From Bdellovibrionales bacterium (lineage in GTDB: Bacteria; Bdellovibrionota; Bdellovibrionia; Bdellovibrionales; CAYMLA01): 64,000 nucleotides of DNA. The stretch covers positions 582,392 through 646,391 of the forward strand of contig OZ244239.1 of the NCBI GenBank assembly GCA_965217115.1. The letters run 5' to 3'. Positions within the stretch are counted from its first letter, which is position 1. Each line of letters begins with the position of its first letter. Made by a program: the position numbers and the translations under genes. Under the pieces are notes generated by a model. It was given only the letters and a program-made list of their open reading frames with translations. It was not told the DNA's origin and did not search any database. This document shows, in pieces, positions 1 through 10,407 of the stretch.

Positions 1-260
1 GGGCAAGTCCTTTTTTCTGGATATGGTAACGAGTTTTTCGAAAAAAAATCCTATCGCTTATGTAAACACTCACTGTAAAGTAAATTGTATAAGCTATATC
101 CCTATTTAGCTACCAAGGTTTTTGGGACCAAATAGAGTACCCTCGGGAAAAGTCTTTTTTTCGAGGGTTCCTAGAGACTTACCCTGTTTTCAATGATTTA
201 AAGAGTATTGAACTTTTCTTTAATAAGTCAGAAGAGATATCGATAGAGTGTTGACTATTG

Positions 261-276
261 GTATCATATATGATAC
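261..276. promoter_or_regulatory. Perfect 16-bp palindrome GTATCATATATGATAC, a candidate operator of the TA operon, directly after a TTGACT -35-like hexamer (251-256)
   Basis: Read directly. The palindrome ends 18 nt before the toxin ATG. A GAGG RBS lies between them. Confidence 0.45.
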
Positions 277-294
277 GTTTATAAGTGAGGTTAC

Positions 295-609
295 ATGCGA
301 CCATTAGAATTGTTCACCTTGCCAAATGGCAAAGTTCCTTTTGAAGAATGGTTTAAGAAACAATCTCCAGGCGCAAGAGTCTCTATTGATAGATACGTTC
401 AACGTCTTCGCAGGGAAGGAGCGAGTCACAACGTAAAACCTGTGGGCGATGGAGTTTTTGAAGTTAAAATTGATAAAGGTCCTGGGTTCAGGGTCTACTT
501 TTGCACTATTGAAAATGTTGTTATTCTCCTTCTTTTAGGGGGAGATAAATCTACTCAAAAACGAGATATTGAAAAAGCAAAAAGTTACAGGAGGTCCATT
601 CATGCGTAG
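295..609 (+). CDS. Type II toxin, RelE/ParE superfamily (HigB / phage Gp49-like addiction-module killer)
   Basis: 104 aa. Pattern ...FEEWF...V..RL..L...G...VKPVGDGVFEVKID.GPGFRVYF...ILLLLGGDKSTQ..DI..A is typical of Gp49/HigB-like killers. The toxin gene comes first and overlaps the downstream HTH gene. Confidence 0.8.
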   Translation: MRPLELFTLPNGKVPFEEWFKKQSPGARVSIDRYVQRLRREGASHNVKPVGDGVFEVKIDKGPGFRVYFCTIENVVILLLLGGDKSTQKRDIEKAKSYRRSIHA

Positions 610-895
610 GTCAAAAAATTATGACGAGTTCTTCTCTGAACAGCTACACGACAAAGACTTTGCTAGAGAGTATTTACTACAGACCATGAAAGAAGATGGC
701 CTCACTCTGGTTGAAACCCTGAAACAAATGATTCAGAGAATGGGCATCACTGAGTTTGCAAGTCTGGTAGGAAACCAAAGGGCTAACATATCAAGATTTG
801 TTACAACTGACGAACACCCTAGAATGGAAACCCTCAACAGGTATTTGGCTCCCTTCAACCTTCAAGTAAAACTAGATATAGAAGACGTTGCTTAG
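602..895 (+). CDS. HTH antitoxin (HigA-like addiction-module antidote)
   Basis: The internal ATG at 602 is preceded by AGGAGG, and the gene overlaps the toxin stop by 8 nt. The HTH segment GITEFASLVGNQRANISRFV and the size (97 aa) fit HigA-type antidotes. Confidence 0.75.
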   Translation: MRRSKNYDEFFSEQLHDKDFAREYLLQTMKEDGLTLVETLKQMIQRMGITEFASLVGNQRANISRFVTTDEHPRMETLNRYLAPFNLQVKLDIEDVA

Positions 896-1308
896 AAAAG
901 AAAGCAAGCAAGGTCACACAGATTGAAAAAAAAGCAAAGGAGATTTTACTAACATTTTCCAAAACCAATATCGCAAGCTAGGGAAAACTATGACACTGAT
1001 AGATGACTTATTGAAAGGAATGATTTTTCTTGGGGAAAAGAGGAGTTAATAGTAAGAAAGGGATCTAATGGTGATTTGCATGCTCAATTGAAAAAAAGAG
1101 TAAAGATGACGAGGTACATATATACGGTTTGATAGTACGAACTGCCATAGGGCTTGAGAGCGAAGACATAACCAACAACGAATATCAATCAAAAGACACT
1201 GATTTCATCTCACCCGATAGGCACAGTGACATCAAAAATGCCATGAAGGAGTTTCTGACCGCCACTGTATTTTAAAGAAATTCAGGGGGAGGGCTAAGAA
1301 TGAGCTTG

Positions 1309-2100
1309 TTAGAAATAGCCCACAAGAGAAATACCAAAACCACTAGCATTCGTCTCTAGAGTCTCTGAAGTGTCTTTAACCTTAAAAGGCACCGATACTA
1401 CACCATAAGACAGAGTTATTCCAAAATAATCCTGTTGCGTAGGAAAAAAAGTGACTCCGACTTCAAAGGATTGACCGATACCAGACAACTCAATATTGCC
1501 TTCTATTCCTTCTTCCTCTCTCTCAATTTGAGCTAATGAAACTTCTATAAATGGAATCAGATAGTTGCCAGATTTATTCTCTATTAAGAATAGAGTCCCA
1601 TGTATACTCTTCGCAGTAGAACTAGATTCTTCTGTTTTCTCTCCCGTTATAAAGCCTCCAAATCCAAAGAAACCATTGTTTTTACTTAGACCTATTGCAA
1701 ATTTTGAAATGCTCGATGTTTCAGAAACTGAACCAATTGAAGCATTAGCCAAAGATGAAAAAAACCGTACATTGAAATAAAAACTTCTACTGAAAACATT
1801 GTTTTTCCTTTGAAAGATTGCTCCTTCTCCAATGTCCCCTCTGTTAGCGCACGAAGATGTATCTATAATAGCCAAAAGTTCTTTCTTCTTCTTTAATAAA
1901 TGAATTACTTTGGCCAAACACTCATCTTCAAATTCATCAATATGAGAAAGTGTATCACCTTCTATTAGATTACCAACTCCACTGACCACAACTCTCTTCT
2001 TATTTTTACTAGCACCTTTTACTAAAATTTGAGCATGACTTGACAGGACACAACACAGTAGAACAAGACCAATTTTAATTGTTAATCTAAGAAAAACCAT
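1309..2100 (-). CDS. Hypothetical secreted protein, possible outer-membrane beta-barrel
   Basis: The ATG at 2100 has a GGAGA RBS (the ORF track starts at TTG 2115). It has an N-terminal signal peptide (LVLLCCVLSSHA), alternating-hydrophobic strands, and a C-terminal ...SLVGYF with terminal Phe typical of OMPs. Confidence 0.4.
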   Translation of the reverse strand: MVFLRLTIKIGLVLLCCVLSSHAQILVKGASKNKKRVVVSGVGNLIEGDTLSHIDEFEDECLAKVIHLLKKKKELLAIIDTSSCANRGDIGEGAIFQRKNNVFSRSFYFNVRFFSSLANASIGSVSETSSISKFAIGLSKNNGFFGFGGFITGEKTEESSSTAKSIHGTLFLIENKSGNYLIPFIEVSLAQIEREEEGIEGNIELSGIGQSFEVGVTFFPTQQDYFGITLSYGVVSVPFKVKDTSETLETNASGFGISLVGYF

Positions 2101-2191
2101 CAAAATTTTCTCCAAATATTATTATTTTCTCTTAACCACTCCACTACCAGCAAGGTCCGCTTGAGAAGCTTTGGGCAAGCTTGTCTGAAAT

Positions 2192-2268
<77 letters not shown>

Positions 2269-2449
2269 ACAAACAAGAAAGGGCAACATACGCCCATATG
2301 CAAAACAGGTCAATATGACTTCACAAACACGTAAAGTCCCTGACGCTCGCCGTAATTACCTTTTGTCAGTGCCAAGAAGACTAAATCCGTGCATTCTCTC
2401 GACGGTTAAATAAACGACTCAAAAACCAGTGGAAAAAGGTCTCTTACAC

Positions 2450-3457
2450 ATGCAACTGCAAACTCCCTATAGAACAAAAATATCTGGTCATGGATCATGT
2501 CTTCCCGAGAGAATTCTGAGTAATCAGGATCTGGAAAAAATGATCGATACCACCGATCAATGGATCACTGAACGCACTGGGATCAGAGAAAGACGTATCA
2601 TCTCTGAAGAGGACTCCCTCAGTGGCATGGGGTTCGAAGCAACAAAGGTCGCCCTGAAAAATGCCAATATGGAAGCCAGTGAAATAGACATGATCCTCTT
2701 TGCCACAGTCACCGCAGAACAGGTCATGCCCAGCACGGCTTGCATTCTCCAAAAAAAATTAGAAGCCCTCGGACTCCGTAAGGTGATGTCCTTTGATCTC
2801 ATCGCCGCCTGCTCAGGGTTTGTCTACGGCCTAACCGTCGCCGATCAATTTATCCGCACTGGAATGTATAAAAATATTTTAGTCGTCGGTGGAGAGACTC
2901 TCAGTCGATACATAGACTATCAAGACCGCTCCACTTGCATTCTCTTTGGGGATGGTGCGGGGGCATTCATCGTCTCACGGGCTGATAGTGATGACTCAAA
3001 CCTTATTCTCAGCGCTGATATTCAAGCCGATGGGTCCCTGGGACACCTTCTCGAATTGCCCAACTCACGCCCAAAAATTCCCCTAAAAACCCATGAACAC
3101 TTTCCCATGGACTATGTGAACATGAACGGTCGAGAGATTTTTAAGCACGCCGTGCGCATGATGAGCCATAGCGCCCTCAAAGTGCTCGACGACTGTCAAC
3201 TCAGCTTAACTGATGTCGACTGGCTCATCCCCCATCAAGCCAACCAAAGAATTATCGAAGCCATCGGCAAGAAATTAGAACTCCCCAGCGATAAGATCAT
3301 CTCCACCATCGCCAAAACTGCCAACACCTCGGCTGGATCAATTCCCATCGCTTTTGATCTCGCTTGCCAGGATGGACGCATCCAACGGGGGCAGATAGTT
3401 CTTCTCGCCGCCTTCGGTGGAGGATTTACAAGTGGCAGTGTCCTATTAAAATTCTAA
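2450..3457 (+). CDS. fabH: 3-oxoacyl-ACP synthase III
   Basis: DLEKMIDTTDQWITERTGIRERR, the active-site region AACSGF and HQAN are present. Start is ATG 2450 or GTG 2429. It heads the fab cluster. Confidence 0.93.
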   Translation: MQLQTPYRTKISGHGSCLPERILSNQDLEKMIDTTDQWITERTGIRERRIISEEDSLSGMGFEATKVALKNANMEASEIDMILFATVTAEQVMPSTACILQKKLEALGLRKVMSFDLIAACSGFVYGLTVADQFIRTGMYKNILVVGGETLSRYIDYQDRSTCILFGDGAGAFIVSRADSDDSNLILSADIQADGSLGHLLELPNSRPKIPLKTHEHFPMDYVNMNGREIFKHAVRMMSHSALKVLDDCQLSLTDVDWLIPHQANQRIIEAIGKKLELPSDKIISTIAKTANTSAGSIPIAFDLACQDGRIQRGQIVLLAAFGGGFTSGSVLLKF

Positions 3458-3497
3458 TCTAATATCACCCCTTTGATCTGCAATAAGGAGAGTTAAA

Positions 3498-4457
3498 ATG
3501 CAAGCGGCTCTATTTCCAGGACAGGGAAGTCAGAAAACTGGCATGGGAAAATTTCTTTACGATAATTTCCAACAGGCAAAAGACACTTTCGAAGAAGCCA
3601 ACGACACCCTCAAACAGGATTTTAAAAAACTCTGCTTTGACGGGCCATTGGACCAACTCTCCCTCACACAAAACACCCAGCCCGCCCTGCTCCTGGTCTC
3701 AACAGCCACCCACAGAGTGATCAACTCCCTCATGCCCCTCCCCCTCACTGCTGTTGCAGGGCACTCCATTGGTGAATACGCCGCCGTTGTCGCCGCCAAG
3801 GGCCTCAGCTTCTCCGAAGCCCTCGTTGCCGTACGCAAAAGGGGCCTGGCCATGCAGGAAGCTGTGCCCGTAGGAGAGGGCTCCATGCTCGCAGTCCTGG
3901 GGCTTGGAGAGGACCAGGTCAGACAACTCTGCCAGTGGACCATGGAAAACTCCGGGGAAAAGCCCCTGGAACCCGCCAACTTCAATGCCCCTGGACAAAT
4001 CGTTATCAGCGGTTCAACCAGAGCTGTTAAGTGGCTCAAAGAAAATTTTAGCCCTGATCTCTTTTCTGAAAAGCCGAGACAAGCTAAGTTAATCCCTCTC
4101 AACGTCTCAGCTCCATTTCACTGCTCACTGATGAAACCAGCACAGGAGACCATGGACCGTGTTCTGGCTGAATTAAACTTCAATGACACTGAGTGTCCAG
4201 TCGTGCAAAACACCGATGCCCAGCCTCGGCAAAGCGCCTCAGACATACGCAATCACCTCGTCTCTCAGGTCTCCTCTCCCGTGCAATGGATAAAGTGCAT
4301 CGAAAAAATGAAAGAGCTTGGAATTCAGCGTTTTATTGAAATGGGCACAGGAAAAGTCCTCTCAGGGCTTGTAAAAAAAATTGACTCAGAGAGCTTCACA
4401 ACATTCAATGTAAACTCATTAGAAGATATAACAGAACTAGAAAAAACAACGACTTAG
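3498..4457 (+). CDS. fabD: Malonyl CoA-ACP transacylase
   Basis: FPGQGSQ and GHSIGEY motifs are present, plus fab cluster synteny. Confidence 0.95.
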   Translation: MQAALFPGQGSQKTGMGKFLYDNFQQAKDTFEEANDTLKQDFKKLCFDGPLDQLSLTQNTQPALLLVSTATHRVINSLMPLPLTAVAGHSIGEYAAVVAAKGLSFSEALVAVRKRGLAMQEAVPVGEGSMLAVLGLGEDQVRQLCQWTMENSGEKPLEPANFNAPGQIVISGSTRAVKWLKENFSPDLFSEKPRQAKLIPLNVSAPFHCSLMKPAQETMDRVLAELNFNDTECPVVQNTDAQPRQSASDIRNHLVSQVSSPVQWIKCIEKMKELGIQRFIEMGTGKVLSGLVKKIDSESFTTFNVNSLEDITELEKTTT

Positions 4458-4464
4458 AAAGTAT

Positions 4465-5214
4465 TTGAAAATGACAAGATTGAGAGACAAGAAAATTATA
4501 GTCACTGGCGGAAGTCGCGGAATCGGAGCTGCCATTGTTCAGTCCATCGCCCAACAGGGAGGACAGGTCGCCTTCTCATACGCCTCCCGTGAAGAGGCTG
4601 CCCAAGAAGTTCTGCAAAATCTTCCAGGAGAAGGACATTTTCATTTTCCCATGGATATTTCTGACGAAACTTCAGTTTTAGAGTCCATCAAAAAAACAAT
4701 CGAAAGACTCGGCGGCCTCTACGGCTTAGTCAACAACGCCGGTATCACCTGTGATCAACTTCTTCTACGAATGAAAACAGAGGATTTTGACAAGGTGGTT
4801 AACACAAATCTCCGTGGAGCCTTTCTCTGCACAAAATCAGTTATGAAAACTCTTATGCGTGCCAAAGGAAGTTCCATTGTGAATATAACAAGCGTGATTG
4901 GCCTCACCGGAAACCCTGGGCAAGCCAACTACGCCGCCAGCAAAGCCGGAGTTGTTGCCTTCAGTAAATCCATTGCACAGGAGGTCGCCTCTCGAAAAGT
5001 TCGAGTCAATTGCGTCGCCCCTGGATTTATTCAAACAGATATGACAAATCAACTGACCGATGGGCAACAACAGGAAATTAAAAATAGTATTCCTTCACAG
5101 GAATTAGGTACAACTGAAGATGTCGCTAACGCCACAGTGTTTCTACTCAGTGACGAGAGCAAATACATCACAGGACATACTCTCAATGTTAATGGTGGAA
5201 TGTTAATGGTTTAA
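4465..5214 (+). CDS. fabG: 3-oxoacyl-ACP reductase
   Basis: SDR motifs [12 protein letters not shown] and YAASKAG are present, plus synteny. Confidence 0.95.
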   Translation: MKMTRLRDKKIIVTGGSRGIGAAIVQSIAQQGGQVAFSYASREEAAQEVLQNLPGEGHFHFPMDISDETSVLESIKKTIERLGGLYGLVNNAGITCDQLLLRMKTEDFDKVVNTNLRGAFLCTKSVMKTLMRAKGSSIVNITSVIGLTGNPGQANYAASKAGVVAFSKSIAQEVASRKVRVNCVAPGFIQTDMTNQLTDGQQQEIKNSIPSQELGTTEDVANATVFLLSDESKYITGHTLNVNGGMLMV

Positions 5215-5255
5215 AAAACAATTTTATATTTTTAATAAAACACGGAGGATTAAAA

Positions 5256-5489
5256 ATGGCAGACTTTACAAAAATCAAAGAACTCATCGTCGAACAACTA
5301 GGTGTCGAAGCTGATAAGGTAAAACCTGAGGCTTCCTTCATTGATGACCTGGGTGCCGACAGCCTAGATATCGTCGAACTCATTATGGCCATCGAAGAGG
5401 AGTTTGACCTTGAAGTTCCTGACGAAGAAGCAGAAAAATTAAAAACTGTTCAAGACGTTATCTCCTACCTAGAGTCAAAAGATAAGTGA
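5256..5489 (+). CDS. acpP: Acyl carrier protein
   Basis: 77 aa with the [12 protein letters not shown] phosphopantetheine-attachment motif. Confidence 0.97.
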   Translation: MADFTKIKELIVEQLGVEADKVKPEASFIDDLGADSLDIVELIMAIEEEFDLEVPDEEAEKLKTVQDVISYLESKDK

Positions 5490-5529
5490 TCACTTTTTGT
5501 CATAGGCACAAAATGGAGCAAGCATAAAT

Positions 5530-6807
5530 ATGGCTATCAAAGAACTCTCATACTCCCGCCCTGATAAAAAGCAGCGGCGGGTTGTCGTCACCGGAATTGG
5601 AGCGCTCACTCCAGTCGGTCTAACAGCTCAGTCATCATGGCAAGCTGTTCTCGATAAAAAAAGTGGCATTGATAAAATCTCACACTTTGATACCAGTCAA
5701 TACACTGTACAGATTGCTGGTGAAGTTAAAGGGTTTGATCCCAATAAATTTATCTCTAGCAAAGAGCAAAAAAAAATGGGCCGCTTCATTCAATTATCCC
5801 TCGCCACCGCACAAATGGCCATGGAAGATGCTCGCCTAGAAATAAAGGATGACCATCAAGCTCGGCGCACTGGTTCTATTATAGGAGTCGGCATCGGTGG
5901 ACTTCCTCATATTGAAGTACAACATAGGAGACTTCTTGAAAAAGGGCCTGAGAAGGTCTCCCCTTTTTTCATTCCCATGGTGATTAGTAATTTAGCTTCT
6001 GGCCACATCAGCATTAAATACAATGCCAAATCTATAAACTATTCCATCAGCTCTGCCTGCTCATCTGGCAACCATGCCATTGGAGAAGCCGCGCAGTACA
6101 TACGCGACCATCGAGCCGATGTTATGATCGCTGGTGGCTCCGAAGCCTCTGTCACCCCCATGGCCATTGCTGGTTTTAACTCCATGAGAGCATTGTCCCG
6201 TAACAACGATTCTCCCAAGAGTGCCAGTTGTCCATTTGACCAAAGAAGAAATGGTTTTGTCCTCTCTGAAGGAGCGGCGACTTTAATATTAGAAGACCTG
6301 GATCACGCCCAAAAACGGGGGGCCACCATCTACGCTGAGGTTTCAGGATATGGGTTCTCGTCCGACGCTTATCACATAAGCAGCCCATCAAGAGATGGCA
6401 GTGGCGCCAGCGCATCCATAGAGGGAGCTCTTAACGATGCCATGTTAACAAGTCAGGATATCTCCTACATCAATGCCCACGGCACAAGCACGCCCGTTGG
6501 AGACTCCATTGAGTGCAAAGCTATTAATAATGTCTTCAAAGATCACCCCGTTCTTGTGAGTAGCACCAAAGGAGCCACCGGCCATCTACTAGGTGCAGCT
6601 GGAGCTATCGAAAGTATTTTCTCTATCATGACAATCAAAGATCAAATAGCTCCACCCACAACAAACTTAGAGAACATTGGCGAAGGATGTGATGTTCAAC
6701 ATATTATTGGTGAACCAAAATCTGGAAACTTCGATCACGTCCTCAGCAATAGTTTTGGTTTTGGCGGAACAAATTCTTCGCTTATTTTTTCCAAAGTTGC
6801 AACCTAA
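5530..6807 (+). CDS. fabF: 3-oxoacyl-ACP synthase II
   Basis: KAS I/II family: SSACSSG active-site Cys, HGTSTPVGD, and GHLLGAAG...NSFGFGGTN at the C-terminus. Confidence 0.95.
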   Translation: MAIKELSYSRPDKKQRRVVVTGIGALTPVGLTAQSSWQAVLDKKSGIDKISHFDTSQYTVQIAGEVKGFDPNKFISSKEQKKMGRFIQLSLATAQMAMEDARLEIKDDHQARRTGSIIGVGIGGLPHIEVQHRRLLEKGPEKVSPFFIPMVISNLASGHISIKYNAKSINYSISSACSSGNHAIGEAAQYIRDHRADVMIAGGSEASVTPMAIAGFNSMRALSRNNDSPKSASCPFDQRRNGFVLSEGAATLILEDLDHAQKRGATIYAEVSGYGFSSDAYHISSPSRDGSGASASIEGALNDAMLTSQDISYINAHGTSTPVGDSIECKAINNVFKDHPVLVSSTKGATGHLLGAAGAIESIFSIMTIKDQIAPPTTNLENIGEGCDVQHIIGEPKSGNFDHVLSNSFGFGGTNSSLIFSKVAT

Positions 6808-6824
6808 GAAAAGGACTTTATAAA

Positions 6825-7286
6825 ATGTCTGATGAAATTTCCTCTAAAACAACTATTCTCTTAGCGAGCGATCACGCTGGTTTTCCCTTAAAAGAAAAAA
6901 TCAAAAAGCATTTACTTCAAAGTGGGAAGAACATCAAAGACATGGGACCTTCAACAGAAGATCGAGTCGATTATCCTGATTTTGCCAATCTCGTTGCAGA
7001 AAAAATACAAAATGAAGATCAAAGCGATATCTTCATTGGAATTCTTGTCTGTGGATCAGGGCAGGGAATGTCTATGAGAGCTAATAAATTCTCAAAAATC
7101 AGAGCCGCTCTCTGCTACAATGAAGAGTCTTGTCTGTTATCACGCCAACATAACAACAGCAATATTCTGTGTCTTGGAGAACGATTAATTGATTACAGTC
7201 TCGCTATTGAGTTAGTTGATTTATTTTTAAAGACTCCCTTCGAAGGTGGTCGTCACAGTGATCGTGTCAGTAAAATTTGTATGTGA
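6825..7286 (+). CDS. rpiB: Ribose-5-phosphate isomerase B
   Basis: RpiB/LacAB family: [17 protein letters not shown] and GGRH. Confidence 0.9.
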   Translation: MSDEISSKTTILLASDHAGFPLKEKIKKHLLQSGKNIKDMGPSTEDRVDYPDFANLVAEKIQNEDQSDIFIGILVCGSGQGMSMRANKFSKIRAALCYNEESCLLSRQHNNSNILCLGERLIDYSLAIELVDLFLKTPFEGGRHSDRVSKICM

Positions 7287-7294
7287 GGTTCATA

Positions 7295-8533
7295 ATGTTA
7301 AAAAATGCCGACCCAATTATCCATCAATCCATTGAAGAGGAACTTCAAAGGCAAGAGTATGGACTGGAGATGATTGCCTCCGAAAATTATGTCTCCCCCG
7401 CAGTTCTGGAAGCCCAGGGCTCTATTCTTACCAATAAATACGCCGAGGGATATCCAGGCAAGAGATACTACGGCGGCTGTCATGTGGTTGATCAAATCGA
7501 GCAGCTCGCGATCGACAGAGCCAAGGAACTCTTTGGGGCCGAACACGCCAATGTTCAACCCCACTCAGGAAGCCAAGCAAACATGGCTGTCTATATGGCC
7601 GCCCTCTCCCCCGGTGACAAAGTCATGGGCATGGACCTGTCTAATGGTGGGCACCTCACCCATGGTTCACCAGTGAACTTTTCAGGAACATTATACAATG
7701 TTATCTCCTACAAGTTAGATCCTCAAACTCAGAGAATCAATTACGATCAAATGCACTCCCTCGCACAGGAGCATCAACCAAAAATGATCATTGCAGGTTA
7801 CAGTGCCTACCCACGCTCTCTAGAGTTTTCTAAGTTCAGAGAAATTGCCGACTCTATCGGAGCTAAACTCCTCGTAGACATGGCCCACTTCTCTGGTTTG
7901 GTTGCTGGTGGTGTCCATGAGTCCCCTATTCCCTATGCCGACTTTGTGACATCCACAACCCATAAAACCCTACGTGGCCCACGGGGAGGCTTGATTCTCT
8001 GTAAGGAAGAATACGCTAAAAAAGTTAATTCTAAAATTTTTCCCGGTATTCAGGGCGGTCCCCTGGAACACATTATCGCTGCCAAGGCCGTCGCTTTCGG
8101 CGAAGCTCTAAAACCCTCATTCAAAACCTACGTTGAGCAAGTTGTCAAAAATTGCCAAACCTTGGCTAAAGAACTCATGGCGAACGATCTAAAACTTGTT
8201 ACAGACGGAACTGATAACCACCTTATCCTCATTGATCTCTCTTCGACAGAGGTCACGGGTAAACTGGCCGAGAATGCTCTCGATGAAGCTGGTATCACTG
8301 TCAATAAAAACACCGTGCCCAATGAACAGCGCAGCCCTTTCGTAACGAGTGGCATTCGCATCGGTACAGCGGCATTAACAACCAGGGGAATGAAAGAAGA
8401 AGAGATGAAAACCATCGCAAAATGGCTCATCGCCGTCATTGCTGACCCTGAAAATAAATCTCATCTCAAGAAGATAAAACAAGATGTTAAAAAAATGTGT
8501 CTTAATTTTCCATTGTACATAAAATCTTCTTAA
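7295..8533 (+). CDS. glyA: Serine hydroxymethyltransferase
   Basis: [25 protein letters not shown] and the [17 protein letters not shown]-Lys motif are present. ATG 7295 has a GAGG RBS (the ORF track starts at 7277). Confidence 0.96.
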   Translation: MLKNADPIIHQSIEEELQRQEYGLEMIASENYVSPAVLEAQGSILTNKYAEGYPGKRYYGGCHVVDQIEQLAIDRAKELFGAEHANVQPHSGSQANMAVYMAALSPGDKVMGMDLSNGGHLTHGSPVNFSGTLYNVISYKLDPQTQRINYDQMHSLAQEHQPKMIIAGYSAYPRSLEFSKFREIADSIGAKLLVDMAHFSGLVAGGVHESPIPYADFVTSTTHKTLRGPRGGLILCKEEYAKKVNSKIFPGIQGGPLEHIIAAKAVAFGEALKPSFKTYVEQVVKNCQTLAKELMANDLKLVTDGTDNHLILIDLSSTEVTGKLAENALDEAGITVNKNTVPNEQRSPFVTSGIRIGTAALTTRGMKEEEMKTIAKWLIAVIADPENKSHLKKIKQDVKKMCLNFPLYIKSS

Positions 8534-8552
8534 AACTTTTACAGGCGCTCCT

Positions 8553-9050
8553 ATGAGTTATCTCTCTACACACTCTTATAAAAAATCACATTTTATTTTC
8601 TTGATACTCACAGGGTTTCTGATCCTTAGTAGCTGTTCAACTCCGCCTCGTATAAGACAGTTGAAAAAAAAAACCTCCCGTAAACATTATTTTGACTGGC
8701 CTGTCGATCGCGCCCGTTTAACGCAAAAATTCAAACTCTACTCCCACCTGGGAATTGATCTCGCCTTTAAAACAGGAACTCCTATCTACGCAGCACACGA
8801 TGGTATCGTTATATACGCAAACTCTGGGTTTTCTGGATTTGGAAAATTAATCATCATCGAGGGAGAAAACAATAACCTGGCCACATTCTACGGCCATTTA
8901 AATAAAATTCGCGTCCAACAAGGGCAGCGAGTCTCTCAGGGCAATCGCATCGGTGATATGGGAAGCACAGGCCGTTCTAGTGGCACCCACCTTCATTTTG
9001 AAATTCGTAAGAACAAACGATCTCAGGACCCTCTCAAGTATCTTCCATAA
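8553..9050 (+). CDS. M23 family peptidoglycan metalloendopeptidase, lipoprotein
   Basis: Lipobox LSSC, HxxxD (HLGID) and HLHFEI motifs are present. Confidence 0.85.
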   Translation: MSYLSTHSYKKSHFIFLILTGFLILSSCSTPPRIRQLKKKTSRKHYFDWPVDRARLTQKFKLYSHLGIDLAFKTGTPIYAAHDGIVIYANSGFSGFGKLIIIEGENNNLATFYGHLNKIRVQQGQRVSQGNRIGDMGSTGRSSGTHLHFEIRKNKRSQDPLKYLP

Positions 9051-9066
9051 TAGATATTAAGATGGC

Positions 9067-9966
9067 CTAATCCTTCTCCGCCATTTTATTTACAGCTAGC
9101 ATAGATTCACGGATCTGCTCAGCCATGCTGCCCACCGCGTTCGCTGAATAAGGAAGTAGCAACGTATTTGTTTTAGAATTTTTTGTCACATCCTGAACCG
9201 TATCATAATGCTGAGTCATCAAAAGCAAAGTCATCACTTCAGATTGCTCCGCCCCTGTTTGTGAAATCGTCTCCATTGCTTCCCTAATACCACCAGCAAT
9301 TTCCAAACGCTGGGCCGCTAAACCAACCCCCTGTAACCGCTTGCTCTCCGCCTCTCCCTCAGCCTCTTTGACTCGCTTAATCTTAGACGCTTCGGCCTCA
9401 TTCTCTGCAGCGACCTTGTCCCTTTCAGTGGCATTAATGCGGTTCATCGAATCTTTGACATCCTTATCTGGTTGAATGTCCGTCACCAAAGATTTTGCAA
9501 TGGAAAAACCGTATTCATCCATCGATTCAGATAGACTGTCCTTAATTGCTAGAGCCACGGCATCTTTATTGGCAAAAACATCATCCAAAGTCATCTTAGG
9601 AATCTCTGATCTCACAACATCAAAAATATAGGCCTCAATCTGTGTTTCAGGAGATTCCAACTTGTAATAGGACTCTTCAATCTTATCAGACAAAACGAAA
9701 AATTGAACAGACACATTCGTAAGAACAAACACATTATCTAACGTTTTTGTCTCTACCTCTACATCCAATTGTCGAATACGCATGTTTTGAAAAAACACAA
9801 TTCTATCAATGAATGGGATCTTTAATTGCAACCCTGGATTAGCAACTCGTTCAAATTTCCCTAATCTCTCTATGATAGCTGCTGTTTTTTGACGAACTAC
9901 AAAAAAACCATCATAAATCACATACAGGGCAACTGCCATTACTACATAAAAAAAAGATCCTTCCAT
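9067..9966 (-). CDS. SPFH/band-7 (stomatin/prohibitin-like) membrane protein
   Basis: An N-terminal TM segment is followed by an SPFH-like core and a coiled-coil AEAE-rich region. ATG 9966 has a GGGAG RBS. Confidence 0.8.
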   Translation of the reverse strand: MEGSFFYVVMAVALYVIYDGFFVVRQKTAAIIERLGKFERVANPGLQLKIPFIDRIVFFQNMRIRQLDVEVETKTLDNVFVLTNVSVQFFVLSDKIEESYYKLESPETQIEAYIFDVVRSEIPKMTLDDVFANKDAVALAIKDSLSESMDEYGFSIAKSLVTDIQPDKDVKDSMNRINATERDKVAAENEAEASKIKRVKEAEGEAESKRLQGVGLAAQRLEIAGGIREAMETISQTGAEQSEVMTLLLMTQHYDTVQDVTKNSKTNTLLLPYSANAVGSMAEQIRESMLAVNKMAEKD

Positions 9967-10011
9967 AATCAAACTCCCGTTGGGTTAGGAATACACTGAC
10001 ATTAAATCGAT

Positions 10012-10224
10012 TTATTTTTTCTTATGATGTTTGCATTCACCTTTTTTATGGCTCCTACATTCTCTTTTTTTCTTTATTGAACAACTTTTCTTTTTGCAAA
10101 CCCCTTTATGGGAGCAACTAGCCTTGCCGTGATGACCACGCTTACCGTGATGTCCGTGACCTCCATGATGAGCACAGCTCGCTAGTAGAAAAATAAAACT
10201 TAATGCAATCATCATTGTCTTCAT
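10012..10224 (-). CDS. Small His/Cys/Lys-rich lipoprotein (candidate periplasmic metal-binding peptide)
   Basis: 70 aa with a GGGAG RBS and lipobox LLASC. The mature part is almost only H, K, G and C (HHGGHGHHGKRGHHGK...CSHKGVCKKKSCS...CRSHKKGECKHHKKK). Confidence 0.6.
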   Translation of the reverse strand: MKTMMIALSFIFLLASCAHHGGHGHHGKRGHHGKASCSHKGVCKKKSCSIKKKRECRSHKKGECKHHKKK

Positions 10225-10407
10225 CTAAAACTCCCTTTTTTAAATTGTTATTTATAAATTCGGTGCCAAATTATAAGGACCTCTAGCCTCTTTCTACAAT
10301 CTTTTTTATTGATTTTTCACTGCTCTGTACCAAATACTGAAACCAACCCCCAGTGAGCCCTTGATTTCACATCTCGCCTATCATAAGCTCGCCACAGATA
10401 ATGCTGC

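Noticed and set aside
896-1308. Possible decayed gene between the antitoxin and the OMP-like gene (an open frame of about 43 codons ending at 1274, without a start)
   Set aside because: It is too short and featureless to assign, and I cannot support a pseudogene call without a homology search.
3557-4102. Long antisense or alternative-frame ORFs inside fabH, fabD, fabG, fabF, glyA, lolC/E, korA and others (for example 3557-4102, 2495-2752, 7374-7676, 8128-8439, 18636-18992, 28413-28799, 47688-48228)
   Set aside because: They lie entirely within genes that have strong family signatures on the other frame or strand. They have biased composition (Pro/Ser/Arg-rich or low-complexity) and no RBS. 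They are typical shadow ORFs.
10253-10268. Sigma-54-like TGGCAC-N5-TTAT on the minus strand upstream of the His-rich lipoprotein gene
   Set aside because: The -12 GC dinucleotide is replaced by AT. A TATAAT box next to it suggests an ordinary sigma-70 promoter instead.
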